Source: Macrostomum lignano
Lineage: Eukaryota
DNA: 64,000 nucleotides
Reading direction: 5' to 3'
NCBI GenBank assembly: GCA_002269645.1
Contig: NIVC01002120.1
Coordinates: 139,788-203,787, forward strand
The stretch's first letter is position 1. Each line of letters starts with the position of its first letter. The notes under the pieces were generated by a model. That model worked only from the letters and a program-made list of their open reading frames with translations, had not been told where the DNA came from and did no database searches. Shown here one piece after another: positions 1-12,700 of the stretch. The translations under genes and the position numbers were made by a program.

Positions 1-714
1 CAGCAAAGATGCGCGCCGCCTGCACCTCCGGGATCTCGTAGGTCACCATTGCGTTGGCGCCAAGATCCCCGTCCGTGGCGCGCACCCGCAGCGGCGCCCG
101 CCCGGACGCATCGAGGACAAGGCTGCTGCTGCTGGACAATTTGCCGGACAGCCGGCCGGCAGTGGACTCGAACTCGGGACGGTTGTCGTTGGCATCTTCG
201 ATGAGGACGGAGAGGTCGGCGGCGCCGGTCCGGCCGGTCCAGAGGTCGCGCGCCGTGACGCGCAGCCGCCGCAGGTCGCCGCCCGCAGCCTCGCGGTCCG
301 GAGCGCCGGTCGCAGCGGAGATGAACAGCGCGGCGGAGGCGGGGGTGGCCGGGCCGGCCAGCTCGGACACGCTGAGACCGATCGGATGTCCGGGCGGAGC
401 TCCGGTGACGTCAACAATGGTTAGAAAAGCGCGCAGCTGATCGGCGGCCTCCGAGACGGCAACCAGGGCGGACCGGGGCGACACCGTCAGCGGCGGCTGC
501 GAGCTCCATGGCGGTGACTCCTCAGTCGGCGACGGTGGCGACGGCGCTGCGGCGATGGTCAGCGGGTAGCTGGCGGTCAGAGGCGGCCGGCCACCGTCCG
601 AGACGGTAACAGTAAGGCGGTGGGGCACGGTCGAGACCGCGGCTGGGTTGACCGGTAGAGCAGCGCGGATGCGGCCGGTCAGCGGGTCGATGGCGAAGAG
701 TCCAAGCTGGTTGC
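1..714 (-). CDS. Fat-like cadherin exon 8 (open to the window edge)
   Basis: Acceptor tactaactggcag|GC AAC. Splicing gives YDIQSGNQLGLFAIDPLTG, then VSDGGRPPL, EDANDNRPEF, ATDGDLGANAMVTY with no stop before position 1. Confidence 0.88.
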
Positions 715-3700
715 CTGCCAGTTAGTAGGGGGTTCACTAATAATCCTTCTCTCAGAAGCTGGGTTCCTTTCCTGAAGCTCCCATCGCCCTGAAGCTCGAG
801 TCCCATCGCCCTGAAGCTCGAGTCTCACATTCCTGAAGCTCGAATCCCACCTCACTGAAGCTCGAATCCCACCTCACTGAAGCTCGAATCCCATCTCACT
901 GAAGCTCGAATCCCACCTCAGTGAAGCTCGAATCCCTCCGCCCTGAAGCTCGAATCCCACCTCACTGAAGCTCAAATCCCACCTCACTGAAGCTCGAATC
1001 CCACCTCACTGAAGCTCAAATCCGACCTCACTGAAGCTCGAATCCCACCTCAGTGAAGCTCGAATCCCATCGCCCTGAATCTCATTCTATAATTCGTTTT
1101 CCTGGGATCTATAGGGAACTAAAAAACTGAAATCCCCATCTGGTTTTTAAACTCAACCGAGAGTCTCCCCGGATGCCCAGTCTGTACTCAGTGAGCTCAG
1201 AAACCCCCTTGCAATTAGCGGGGCACTTCAAGGCCGTATGACGCAGAAAAACTAAAAGAAAAGTACTGCGGGCGGCGCCGAGGCACCGGTGTTCAACAGG
1301 GGAACTCCCAGCCTGCCGCGAGTCCCTGGAGCCGGACAGCCCGCGGGGGATCAGTCCCGGCTCAGTCCGGCTCGGATTAGCATAATCCTTTTACGGGAGA
1401 GAGCTGGAAGGCAGAAGTGCCCAGTGTGGCATCTTCGCTACATTTCTTCATACTGAGGGCCGGCAGGGATTCCCAAATTGCTGGCTGAGTTCGATCCCCC
1501 GAGCCGGCTTGCTGGGGGGGGGGGTAAAAATCCGCACTTGCCTGCGCCACGTGACCTGCAGCGCCGGGCTGAGAGTGGAATAATAATTATTTGATGGCTC
1601 TCAAGACTTCGGCTCGAGTGAGTGCAGGTGACCGCTCGTATCCTCGTATCCTCCCTCTCATTTCTCCTCTCATTCCCCCCTCATTCCCCTCTCATTTCTC
1701 CTCTCATTCCCCCTCTCATTCCCCATCTCATTCCCCATCTCATTCCCCCTCTCATTCCCCATCTCATTCCCCATCTCATTCCCCATCTCATTCCCCCTCT
1801 CATTCCCCATCTCATTCCCCCCTCATTCCCGCTCTCATTCTCCATCTCATTCCCCCTCTCATTCCCCATCTCATTCCCCAACTCATTTTCCATCACATTC
1901 CACGTCTCATTCCTATCTTATTTCCTGCCCCATGTCCCATCTCGTTTCCCCTCGTTAGGTTTATTTTGCTAACATCAATGTTGTCATTTCCTTTCCAGCC
2001 AGCGTTCTACCATGGGATGCTGCTGCAACCACAAAGCAGCGCTGATTCCCAGAGGCTTCTCTGTTTGCTATGAAAATAATTTCTGCTTTTGTGGAAGCCG
2101 CAGTCAGGACTCAGTTAACAGGCATTTAAGAAGATTGGTGATTTGATGACTGCAAAGATGTTTTGTGAGTTTCTGCACCTTTTCTATTCCTGTCCTATTC
2201 CTGCCTTGTTCCTGTTGTTCCTGTTCTGTTCCTGTCTTGTTCCTGTTCTGTTCCTGTTCTGTTCCTGTTCTGTTCCTGCCTTATTCCTGTTGTTCCTGTT
2301 CTGTTCCTGCCTTATTCCTGTTCTGCTCCTGTTCTGTTCCTGTTGTTCCTGTCTTGTTCCTGTTCTGTTCCTGCCTTGTTCCTGTTCTGTTCCTGTTCTG
2401 TTCCTGCCTTGTTCCTGTTGTTCCTGTTCTGTTCCTGTCTTGTTCCTGTTCTGTTCCTGTTCTGTTCCTGCCTTGTTCCTGTTGTTCCTGTTCTGTTCCT
2501 GTCTTGTTCCTGTTCTGTTCCTGTTCTGTTCCTGTTTTGTTCCTGTTTTGTTCCTGTTCTGTTCCTGTCTTGTTCCTGTTCTGTTCCTGTTCTGTTCCTG
2601 TTTTGTTCCTGTCCTGTTTTGTTCCTGTTCTGTTCCTGTTCTGTTCCTGTCCTGTTCCTATTCTGTTCCTGTTCTGTTCCTGTCCTGTTCCTGCTGTTCC
2701 TGTTCTGTTCCTGTTTTGTTCCTGTTCTGTTCCTGTTCTGTTCCTGTTCTGTTCCTGTCCTGTTCCTGCTGTTCCTGTTCTGTTCCTGTTCTGTTCCTGT
2801 TCTGTTCCTGTCCTGTTCCTGCTGTTCCTGTTCTGTTCCTGTTCTGTTCCTGTTCTGTTCCTGTTCTGTTCCTGTTCCTGCCAGTTTGATGGGCGGAGCA
2901 AAAGCAGAAGAGGTATTTATGGAGTGACGCATTTATGAAGTCGAAGGGGTTGCGACAGGCGCCGCAAGAAGTCCAAGCGCCAGACAAAAACGCAAAGCAA
3001 AGCCACCCAGCGGAGAGACAATAAAGGTAAGCAAGATTTTTCACTTCCACAAAAAGGGGAAGCCAGTTTTAGCTCCGGGGGCTAATTGCTGTGCCGTCGC
3101 CCGTATCGCCCAGAGTGATCTTGGGATTCTTGTTCGATCTGCCGCCCCCGAACCGTCTGCACTTGCAGTCTGCAGTCTGGGCACCAGTGCCTTCCTACAC
3201 TGCCGGTTCATGGGAAAGGGAATTCCCGTGCTGCCTGTCAATGGGGAGTTGCAATCCAGACATGGGAACTCTACGGCTGCCCACTCCAATATCGACTGCG
3301 CCCTTTCGATGCCAAGAGTGCAAACGCCTGCTGTAGCCGCTGATAACAGACTTAGGAAATTAGGCTAATTTATGAATTTGCTGTACCTGCGCCTTGTTAG
3401 TTGGCGGTGTCTGATAGGTTTATTGGCGGGACCACCGCATACCTAAAGTGCCTGTCTGGCAAGTATTCCTGGAATCTCACTAATTAACCATATTGACCAC
3501 AGTTTTGATTCTTTAAAAGAACATTATGAAGCTGCTTGTAATCCCACCTGACTCTCTTGGTCTCACCTGACTCTTTCAGCCTCAACTTAATTCTCCCAGT
3601 CCCACCTGACTCTCTTGGTCTCACCTGACTCTTTCAGTCTCAACTTAATTCTCCCAGTCTCACCTGACTCTCTTGGTCTCACCTGACTCTTTCAGTCTCA

Positions 3701-6700
3701 ACTAAATTCTCCCAGTCTCACCTGACTCTTTCAGCCTCACCTGACTTTCCCAGTCAAAACTTTGACTCCCTCAGTCTCACCTGACTCTCAGTCTCACCTG
3801 ACTCTCGGTCTCACCTGACTCTCGATCTCACCTGACTCTCGGTCTCACCTGACTCTCGGTCTCACCTGACTCTCGTCCCACCTGACTCTCTCAGTCTCAC
3901 CTGACTCTCGGTCCCACCTGACTCTCTCAGTCTCACCTGACTCTCCCAGTCTCAACTTGACTCTCTCAGTCTCACCTGACTCTCTTAGTCTCACTTGACT
4001 CTCTCAGTCTCAACTTGACTCTCTCTCTCAGTCTCAACTTGACTCTCCCAGTCTCACCTGACTCTCGGTCTCACCTGACTCTCTCAGTCTCACCTGACTC
4101 TTTCAGTCTCAACTTTGACTCCCTCAGTCTCACCTGACTCTCAGTCTCACCTAACTCTCAGTCTCACCTGACTCTCAGTCTCACCTGACTCTCGGTCTCA
4201 CCTGACTCTCGGTCTCACCTGACTCCCTCAGTCTCACCTGACTCTCTCAGTCTCACCTGACTCTCTCAGTCTCACCTGACTCTTCCAGTCTCAACTTTGA
4301 CTCCCTCAGTCTCACCTGACTCTCAGTCTCACCTGACTCTCAGTCTCACCTGACTCTCAGTCTCACCTGACTCTCGGTCTCACTTGACTCTCTCAGTCTC
4401 ACCTGACTCTTCCAGTCTCAACTTGACTCTCTCAGTCTCAACTTGACTCTCTTAGTCTCACTTGACTCTCTCAGTCTCAACTTGACTCTCTTAGTCTCAC
4501 TTGACTCTCTCAGTCTCAACTTGACTCTCCCAGTCTAACCTGACTCTCGGTCTTACCTGACTCTCTCAGTCTCACCTGACTCTCAGTCTCACCTAACTCT
4601 CAGTCTCACCTGACTCTCGGTCTCACCTGACTCTCTCAGTCTCACCTGACTCTCAGTCTCACCTAACTCTCAGTCTCACCTGACTCTCAGTCTCACCTGA
4701 CTGGATGTCGTACACCAGCTCGCCATCGCCCTCGACCTCGCCCGCAGCATCGGAATCGAATCCGCGCAGCCGGCCCAGCGGACGGCCTGCCTCGGCGCCA
4801 GCCCGCAGCTCCGCCAATCCGACGGAGGCCGCCAGCGCCGGCGCCGCCTCGTTGGCGTCGAGAACTCGGACGGTCAGCCAGGCGAAGCCGGCGCGCCGAC
4901 GGCCAGGCGCACCGTACCGAGGCGCCGCGACACGCAGCAGTAATCGGTGCCGGCTGGAGGTCTCGAAGTCCAGACCGTCGGCCGAGGCCGCCAGCGACAC
5001 GGCGCCAGTCAGCGGGTTGATGGAGAACAAGCGGAGGCTGGCCGACTGCTCAGCCGAGTAGATGGAGAACTGCAGAGGCAGAGGCTGGAACAGCTGCGAC
5101 TCCGGCTGCAGTAGCGGCGCCGGGTCCGGGTCCACCGCCGACACGGTCAGGAGGTCCGCGCCGTCCACGGGAGCCGCCTCGGACACTTCCAGTTCGTACT
5201 TCGGCAGCGAGAACTGCGGGCTGCGGCCTCGGCCCGGCTGCAGCGAGACCTCAAGCTGTGGGGTTACGTTGGAATGCGGCAATCAGCTGCTCCTAGCCTC
5301 TACCCACATCCATTCAGAGCCTCATCATTGAATACCAGCCTCTACCCACATCCATTCAGAGCCTCATCATTGAATACCAGCCTCTACCCACATCCATTCA
5401 GAGCCTCATCATTGAATACCAGCCTCTACCCACATCCATTCAGAGCCTCATCATTGAATACCAGCCTCATCCATTCAGAGCCTCATCATTGAATACCAGC
5501 CTCATCCATTCAGAGCCTCAGCATCAGCCCCAAGCCTCATCCATTCAGAGCCTCATCATCAGCTCCAAGCCTCATCTATTCAGAGCCTTAGCATCAGCTC
5601 CAAGCCTCATCCATTCAGAGCCTCAGCATCAGCTCCAAGCCTCATCCATTCAGAGCCTCAGCATCAGCTCCAAGCCTCATCCATTCAGAGCCTCAGCATC
5701 AGCTCCAAGCCTCATCCATTCGGAGCCTCAGCCTCAGCATCAGCTCCAAGCCTCATCCTCACCGTCCTGCTGGCCACCCGCAGCCCGTCAAAGCCGACCA
5801 GCCGCAGGCGGTAGCGGCTCCGCCGGCTGCAGTTCAGCCGCCTAGCAACGGTCAGGCGGCCTCCGAGCTGGGGCAGGTAGAAATCTTCGCTGCCGGCGCC
5901 TGAAAGTGAGGATTTTTTAATCGGCTCTAAAGCACCTGATCCCTTCTGCTCCCCATGATCCTCATCTAACCAGCCTCTCATCTCCATCGAATCAGCTTCT
6001 GTTCCCTGATCCCCATCCCAGATCTTTAGTCCAGCTTCCCCCCAAGAGCCCCATCCTACCAGTCAGTCTGAGCAGCACAGCGACGGCCGGCCAGCCGGCG
6101 GCGGGCACCGCGATGGCCCCGGGCACGGCGGACCCCGGCAGCGCGTCCTCAGGCAGCGGAAACACCACGCCCTCCGGCACGCCAAGGTCGATCATTTCGT
6201 GGCCGTCAGGCTTCGACGGCATCTGCTGAAGGCTGTCGTCGGCCCGGAGCAGGGTGACCTGAACGTTGGCGCTGGCCGAGTACTCCGGACGGCCGGGATC
6301 CACCGCGATGGCCAGTGCTCTGATGATGGCCGTCCGCTGCCAGCGCGCCGAGGTCCGCGGCCGCAGCCACAGCTGGCCGGTGCCCCGGTCCAAGCCGAGA
6401 CTGGCAGTTGCCGAATCCTCGCCGCCGTCGACCAGCGAGAAGGCGATGGCGGAGTTGTCCGGGTCCGAGTCGGGATCGGCTGCGGCCAGGCGGCCCAGGG
6501 GAATCGCTGGTGGAGACGCAGATGACTGTCGGACACTGGAGCTGGCCGGCGCTGTGGGTCTGGCCGGGGGACGGTAGAACTACATGTACAGATATAGTAA
6601 AGGCACCCAGCAACAGCTAGCCCGAAACTTCATCAACCGGTTGGTGATCAAGATTGTTACGCTCAAAACACTCAGCATCCTTGATCTTTGAAGCTACGAC

Positions 6701-9700
6701 GTAAAATATCCTGTTTTACAGCGTATAGGATAGGAGTAGGGGCACTTGGTATTCTGAAATTACTCGGAATAGGCTTAGCAATCAAATGGGGTTTTTAAAT
6801 CACAGAGACGGTCATGCATGAGCCCCTCTTTCGATACGACATAAACAACTAACAAGGATTTAAATTCCAGAGATGGATACACAGCACATAAAATTTCTGA
6901 AGTTTGAACTGAACGGATTGAAAGTGTACTTTAGTTGATCGCAATGTAACAATAATGCTGGCAGCTAAACAAATTAAACACGTCTATCTGATATTTAGAA
7001 GGGGTTAAGTCTTTTAATTTTGTCGATCTTCTCGTTTTACCAGAGGCTAGCTTAGAAGAACAGAGGAATGGGGTGGGGGTGGGGTGGGGGTAAGAGGGAC
7101 GCCCGCAATGTACATACAAGTAAATTAACGCTAGCTATCGATTGGGTTGGGGCTGTGTTTGGGGTTGGGTGGGGCAGAAAAGCCCCGCCCAAAAGATAAG
7201 GAATGTACACTTGATATATAGCCTACGTGTACTTTCAGGCTATTAATATACTACAAATGTCAGACAGGATTAGTAAATTCCTGCCTATTGGCTAATAGTC
7301 TATCTGATATTTAGAAGGGGTTAAGGTCTCTTAATTTTGTCGATCTGCTGCTCGTTCTACCAGCTTAGAAGAACAGAGGAATGGGGTGGGATGGGGGTAA
7401 GAGGGACGCCCGCAATGTACATACAATTAAATTTGCTAGTTATCGATTGGGTTGGGCTGGTGTTTGGGACAGTAAAGCCCCGCCCAAAGATAAGGAATGT
7501 ACGCTTGATAGCCTACATGTACATTCAGGCTATTCATCTACTGTGTCAGGCAGGCTTAGCTAAATATTGAGTCACAGCAGCAATTCAAAAACGATAAAAA
7601 AATCTAGTGACATTTTCTTAATGCTGCATAAAATTATAAAATGTACCTTAACAGACTAAGTCTAAAGTACATTATTGCACAATACTGCCTTTGTTGACGA
7701 TTTGAATTAAACTCACGCGGACGCCCTCGGATGAACTAACTACCCAAGCAAGTCCAACCAAAGCCCGACTTGACAATGAGAATCCGTCACGGAAGGCCGG
7801 CTAGAGGAGCAGAAGAGCCGGGCAGGGCATCGGCTTTCCTGCCGGCTGCTCAGTACTCACCCGGGACGGATTGGACTCAGTGAAAATGGAGACCAGCGCT
7901 GGGGCTGAGGCGCCCTGCCGGAATACAATTAATTATCCGCGCCTACTTCGAGCGGCTCATTAGACAAAAAAATCGACCCTTCTCACAATCCGGGTTGGAT
8001 TTTAAAGTTCAGGTAGGTCAGTCACGCCTTGCCGCGGCGCGGGGGCGGAGTTCCCAGTTTTCAGCATGATTTTTTTGTGCGTTTTTTAAGCTCAGCAACC
8101 GAATCCCCGCCTGTCAGATCCCATCAGCTGCTCACATCCGTCGGGAAGGTTCTCCCAATCGTCCGGCGCCCCGTCGAACGCGGCGAAGCTGAACTGGCGC
8201 TCCAGGAAGCTGGGTGGCGAGTCGTTGATGTCGAGCACCTGGATCTCGATGAGTACGGGACTGGTCAGGGCCGGGCTGCCCTGGTCTGTCAGGGACACCA
8301 CCAGCTCGAATCGGTCAGATGCTTCTCGGTCGATGGTCACATTGGTTGTGGTCAGGCGTCCTGCAGGGTGTTGGTTTGAGGTTCGCTATAGACTGCTGAG
8401 AACTTGGTTAAGAATTGGGGTGAAGTAGGATTGGGAATAGGGGACTGCCACCTCATGTACAGGAACACAGCTACCTCGTGTACAGGAACACAGCCAACTC
8501 GTGTACAGGAACACAGCCACCGCATGTACAGGAACACAGCCACCGCATGTACAGGAACACAGCCACCGCATGTACAGGAACACAGCCACTGCATGTACAG
8601 GAACACAGCCACCGCATGTACAGGAACACAGCCACCGCATGTACAAGAACACAGCCACCGCATGTACAAGAACACAGCCACCGCATGTACAGGAACACAG
8701 CCACCGCATGTACAGGAACACAGCCACCGCATGTACAGGAACACAGCCACCGCATGTACAGGAACACAGCCACCGCATGTACAGGAACACAGCCATCCAT
8801 AATAGCCATACTAATAGACAGGTCGGAACTCATAGCGTATCACGCAGCTGAAGTCAGCTCACTCAGTGGCCAATAAAGTGCAAGATGAGTCCCGCTCTCA
8901 GCAACGAGGCTGTAAAATAGCGTTAGGGTTGGAAACAGAATTTACTCCAAAAACTTTCGCCTCCAGTAGTTGCCATCGCGGAAAAATGTGGACCCCCTTG
9001 GACCTTCTTGACAGGCAATCTGCCATAAATTTGAGCAGCTCTGGCCCCGGGAATTTGCGCGGTGTCCGCGGATTCTCCCCATATGGGATACCCGCCTCTC
9101 GGCATCACTATCCCAGCTTCCTCGCCTCTCTGAGCTTTGGCAGGTTTCTGTGCTCCCCCTCCCTCCCCTACCCGCCTTGCACAAGCCGGAACGCTGGCGA
9201 AAGTCAAAGGGGATAAAAAATGCTTCGTTAGCCTCGCCTTGTCTCTTTTTATCCCATCCACTCCCCGCTACACAGCGCGTGAAAGATGCTGGCCGCCTTG
9301 CGTGCTCCCCACCCCATCCCCCTCCCAGCAGACCCCTGTCAGGCGTACTGCGTTCCCCTCCAGAGGATAACGCTGGTTCATCCCCTCCACCGGTCAGCTC
9401 GGCCGGATCAGCTCGACCGGATTTCAAGTGGGTTTTGAGGGGAAATCTTTGAAGTGAGTAAAGTAGGACATTGGGGGAGAACAACTGTTGGGCGCCAGTT
9501 TGCGCTCAGTGTGGGGTCAGGGTGTGGGGTCAGGGTGTGGGGTCAGGGTGTGGGGTCAGGGTGTGGGGTCAGGGTGTGGGGTCAGGGTGTGGGGTCAGGG
9601 TGTGGGGTCAGGGTGTGAGGTCAGGGTGTGGGGTCAGGGTGTGGGGTCAGGGTGTTGGGTCAGGGTGTTGGGTCAGGGTGTGGGTTCAGGGTGTGGGACC

Positions 9701-12700
9701 AGGGTGTAGAGCCAGGGTGTGAAGCCAGGATGAAGGGCCAGGTTGTGGGGTCAGGGTGTGGGGTCAGGGTGTGAGGTCAGGGTGTGGGGTCAGGGTGTGG
9801 TGTCATGGTGTGGGGTCAGGGTGTGGGTTCAGGGTGAAGGGTCAGGGTGTGGTGTCATGGTGTGGGGTAAGGGTGTGGGGTCAGGGTGTGGGGTCAGGGT
9901 GTGGGGTCAGGGTGTGGGGTCAGGGTGTGGTGTCATGGTGTGGGGTCAGGGTGAAGGGTCAGGGTGAAGGGTCAGGGTGTAGGGTCAGGATGTCGGGTCA
10001 GGGTGTGGGGTCAGGGTGTGGGGTCAGGGTGTGGGGTCAGGGTGTGGGGTCAGGGTGTAGGGTCAGGGTGTAGGGTCAGGGTGTGGTGTCATGGTGTGGG
10101 GTCAGGGTGTGGGGTCAGGGTGAAGGGTCAGGGTGTAGGGTCAGGATGTCGGGTCAGGGTGTGGGGTCAGGGTGTGGGTTCAGGGTGTAGGGTCAGGGTG
10201 TGGGGTCAGGGTGTGGGGTCAGGGTGTGGGGTCAGGTGTGGGGTCAGGGTGTAGGGTCAGGGTGTGGGGTCAAGGTGTAGGGTCAGGGTGTAGGGTCAGG
10301 GTGTGGGGTCAGGGTGTTGGGTCAGGGTGTGCGGTCAGGGTGTGGGGTCAGGGTGTGGGGTCAGGGTTTGGGGTCAAGGTGTAGGGTCAGGGTGTAGGGT
10401 CAGGGTGTCGGGTCAGGGTGTGGGGTCAGGGTGTGGGGTCAGGTGCGGGGTCAGGGTGTAGGGTCAGGGTGTGGGGTCAAGGTGTAGGGTCAGGGTGTAG
10501 GGTCAGGGTGTGGGGTCAAGGTGTTGGGCCAGGATGTGGGGTCAGGGTGTGGGGTCAGGGTGTGGGGTCAGGGTGTGGGGTCAAGGTGTAGGGTCAGGGT
10601 GTAGGGTCAGGGTGTCGGGTCAGGGTGAGGGGTCAGGGTGAGGGGTCAGAGTGTGGGGTCAAGGTGTGGGGTCAGGGTGTGGGGTCAGGGTGTGGGGTCA
10701 GGGTGTGGGGTCAGGGTTAGCTCAGAGCCGGCCGCACTCACCAGTCAGCGGGTCCATGGCAAAGTGGCCGTCCTCATTTCCGACCGCAATTTCGAATCTC
10801 ACTCGACCATTGGCCGGATCCGAGTCGCAGTCCTCGGCCGGAATGGCGGTTAGGAGTTCGATTCCTGGCAGGGCGCCCTCCGCTAGCAGCAGGCGGTAGT
10901 GGGCGCGGTCGCTGGCCACGGGTCGGCAGTCGTTAACGTCCAAGATGGTCACGTGAATCTCGCAAGTGGCTGCCGGTGCCGCCGCAGAGGCCGCCACGGT
11001 TAGCCAGAGTCCCCTCGGGTGGCGTTCCCGGTCTAGGGGTGCCAGGGTTCGAATCTCGCCTGCGGGCGGCACAGTTTGAGACACCAACTTCTTGTATTTT
11101 GGATGCAGTTGGCAAACCACCCCAGCCCTCCCTGTCAGCCACCCCAGCCCTCCCAGTCAGCCACCCCAATCCCTTCCAGTCAGCCACACCAACCTTCCCA
11201 GTCAGCAACACCAATCCCTCCCAGTCAGCCAACCCCAACCCTTCCCAGTCAGCCACCCAACCCCTCCCAGTCAGCCAACCCCAACCCTTCCCAGTCAGCT
11301 ACCCCAACCCCTCCCAGTCAGCCACCCCAATCCCTTCCCAGTCAGCCAAACCAACCCCTTCCAGTCAGCCACCCCAGCCCTCCCAGTCAGCCACCCCAGC
11401 CCTCCCAGTCAGCCACCCCAGCCCTCCCAGTCAGCCACCCCAGCACCTCCTAGTCAGCCACCCCAGCACCTCCCAGTCAGCCACCCCAGCACCTCCCAGT
11501 CAGCCAACCTAACCCTTTCCATTCAGCCACCCCAACCCTTTCCATTCAGCCACCCCAACCCTTTCCATTCAGCCACCCCAACCCTTTCCATTCAGCCAAC
11601 CCAACCCTTTCCATTCAGCCACCCCAACCCTTCCCAGTCAGCCACCCCAACCCTTTCCATTCAGCCACCCCAACCCTTCCCAGTCAGCCACCCCAACCCT
11701 TTCCATTCAGCCACCCCAACCCTTTCCATTCAGCCACCCCAACCCTTCCCAGTCAGCCACCCCAGCACCTCCTAGTCAGCCACCCCAGCACCTCCCAGTC
11801 AGCCACCCCAGCACCTCCCAGTCAGCCAACCTAACCCTTTCCATTCAGCCACCCCAACCCTTTCCATTCAGCCACCCCAACCCTTTCCATTCAGCCACCC
11901 CAACCCTTTCCATTCAGCCAACCCAACCCTTTCCATTCAGCCACCCCAACCCTTCCCAGTCAGCCACCCCAACCCTTTCCATTCAGCCACCCCAACCCTT
12001 CCCAGTCAGCCACCCCAACCCTTTCCATTCAGCCACCCCAACCCTTTCCATTCAGCCACCCCAACCCTTCCCAGTCAGCCAACCCAACCCTTTCCATTCA
12101 GCCACCCAACCCCTCCCAGTCAGCCAACCCCAACCCTTCCCAGTCAGCTACCCCAACCCCTCCCAGTCAGCCACCCCAATCCCTTCCCAGTCAGCCAAAC
12201 CAACCCCTTCCAGTCAGCCACCCCAGCCCTCCCAGTCAGCCACCCCAGCCCTCCCAGTCAGCCACCCCAGCCCTCCCAGTCAGCCACCCCAGCACCTCCT
12301 AGTCAGCCACCCCAGCACCTCCCAGTCAGCCACCCCAGCACCTCCCAGTCAGCCAACCTAACCCTTTCCATTCAGCCACCCCAACCCTTTCCATTCAGCC
12401 ACCCCAACCCTTTCCATTCAGCCACCCCAACCCTTTCCATTCAGCCACCCCAACCCTTTCCATTCAGCCACCCCAACCCTTCCCAGTCAGCCACCCCAAC
12501 CCTTTCCATTCAGCCACCCCAACCCTTCCCAGTCAGCCACCCCAACCCTTTCCATTCAGCCACCCCAACCCTTTCCATTCAGCCACCCCAACCCTTCCCA
12601 GTCAGCCAACCCAACCCTTTCCATTCAGCCACCCCAACCCTTCCCAGTCAGCCAACCCAACCCTTTCTATTCAGCCACCCCAACCCTTCCCATTCAGCCA

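Noticed and set aside
2143-2938. Long Cys-rich or Q/N/R-rich ORFs in repeat arrays (also 8352-8876, 9471-10384, 10976-11775, 15086-16231, 41272-43007, 60154-60929)
   Set aside because: These are by-products of stop-free tandem repeats, open in several frames and on both strands, mostly inside introns defined by splice sites.
9507-10717. Interstitial telomere repeat
   Set aside because: The unit is 13 bp (TGTGGGGTCAGGG), not TTAGGG or a simple variant.
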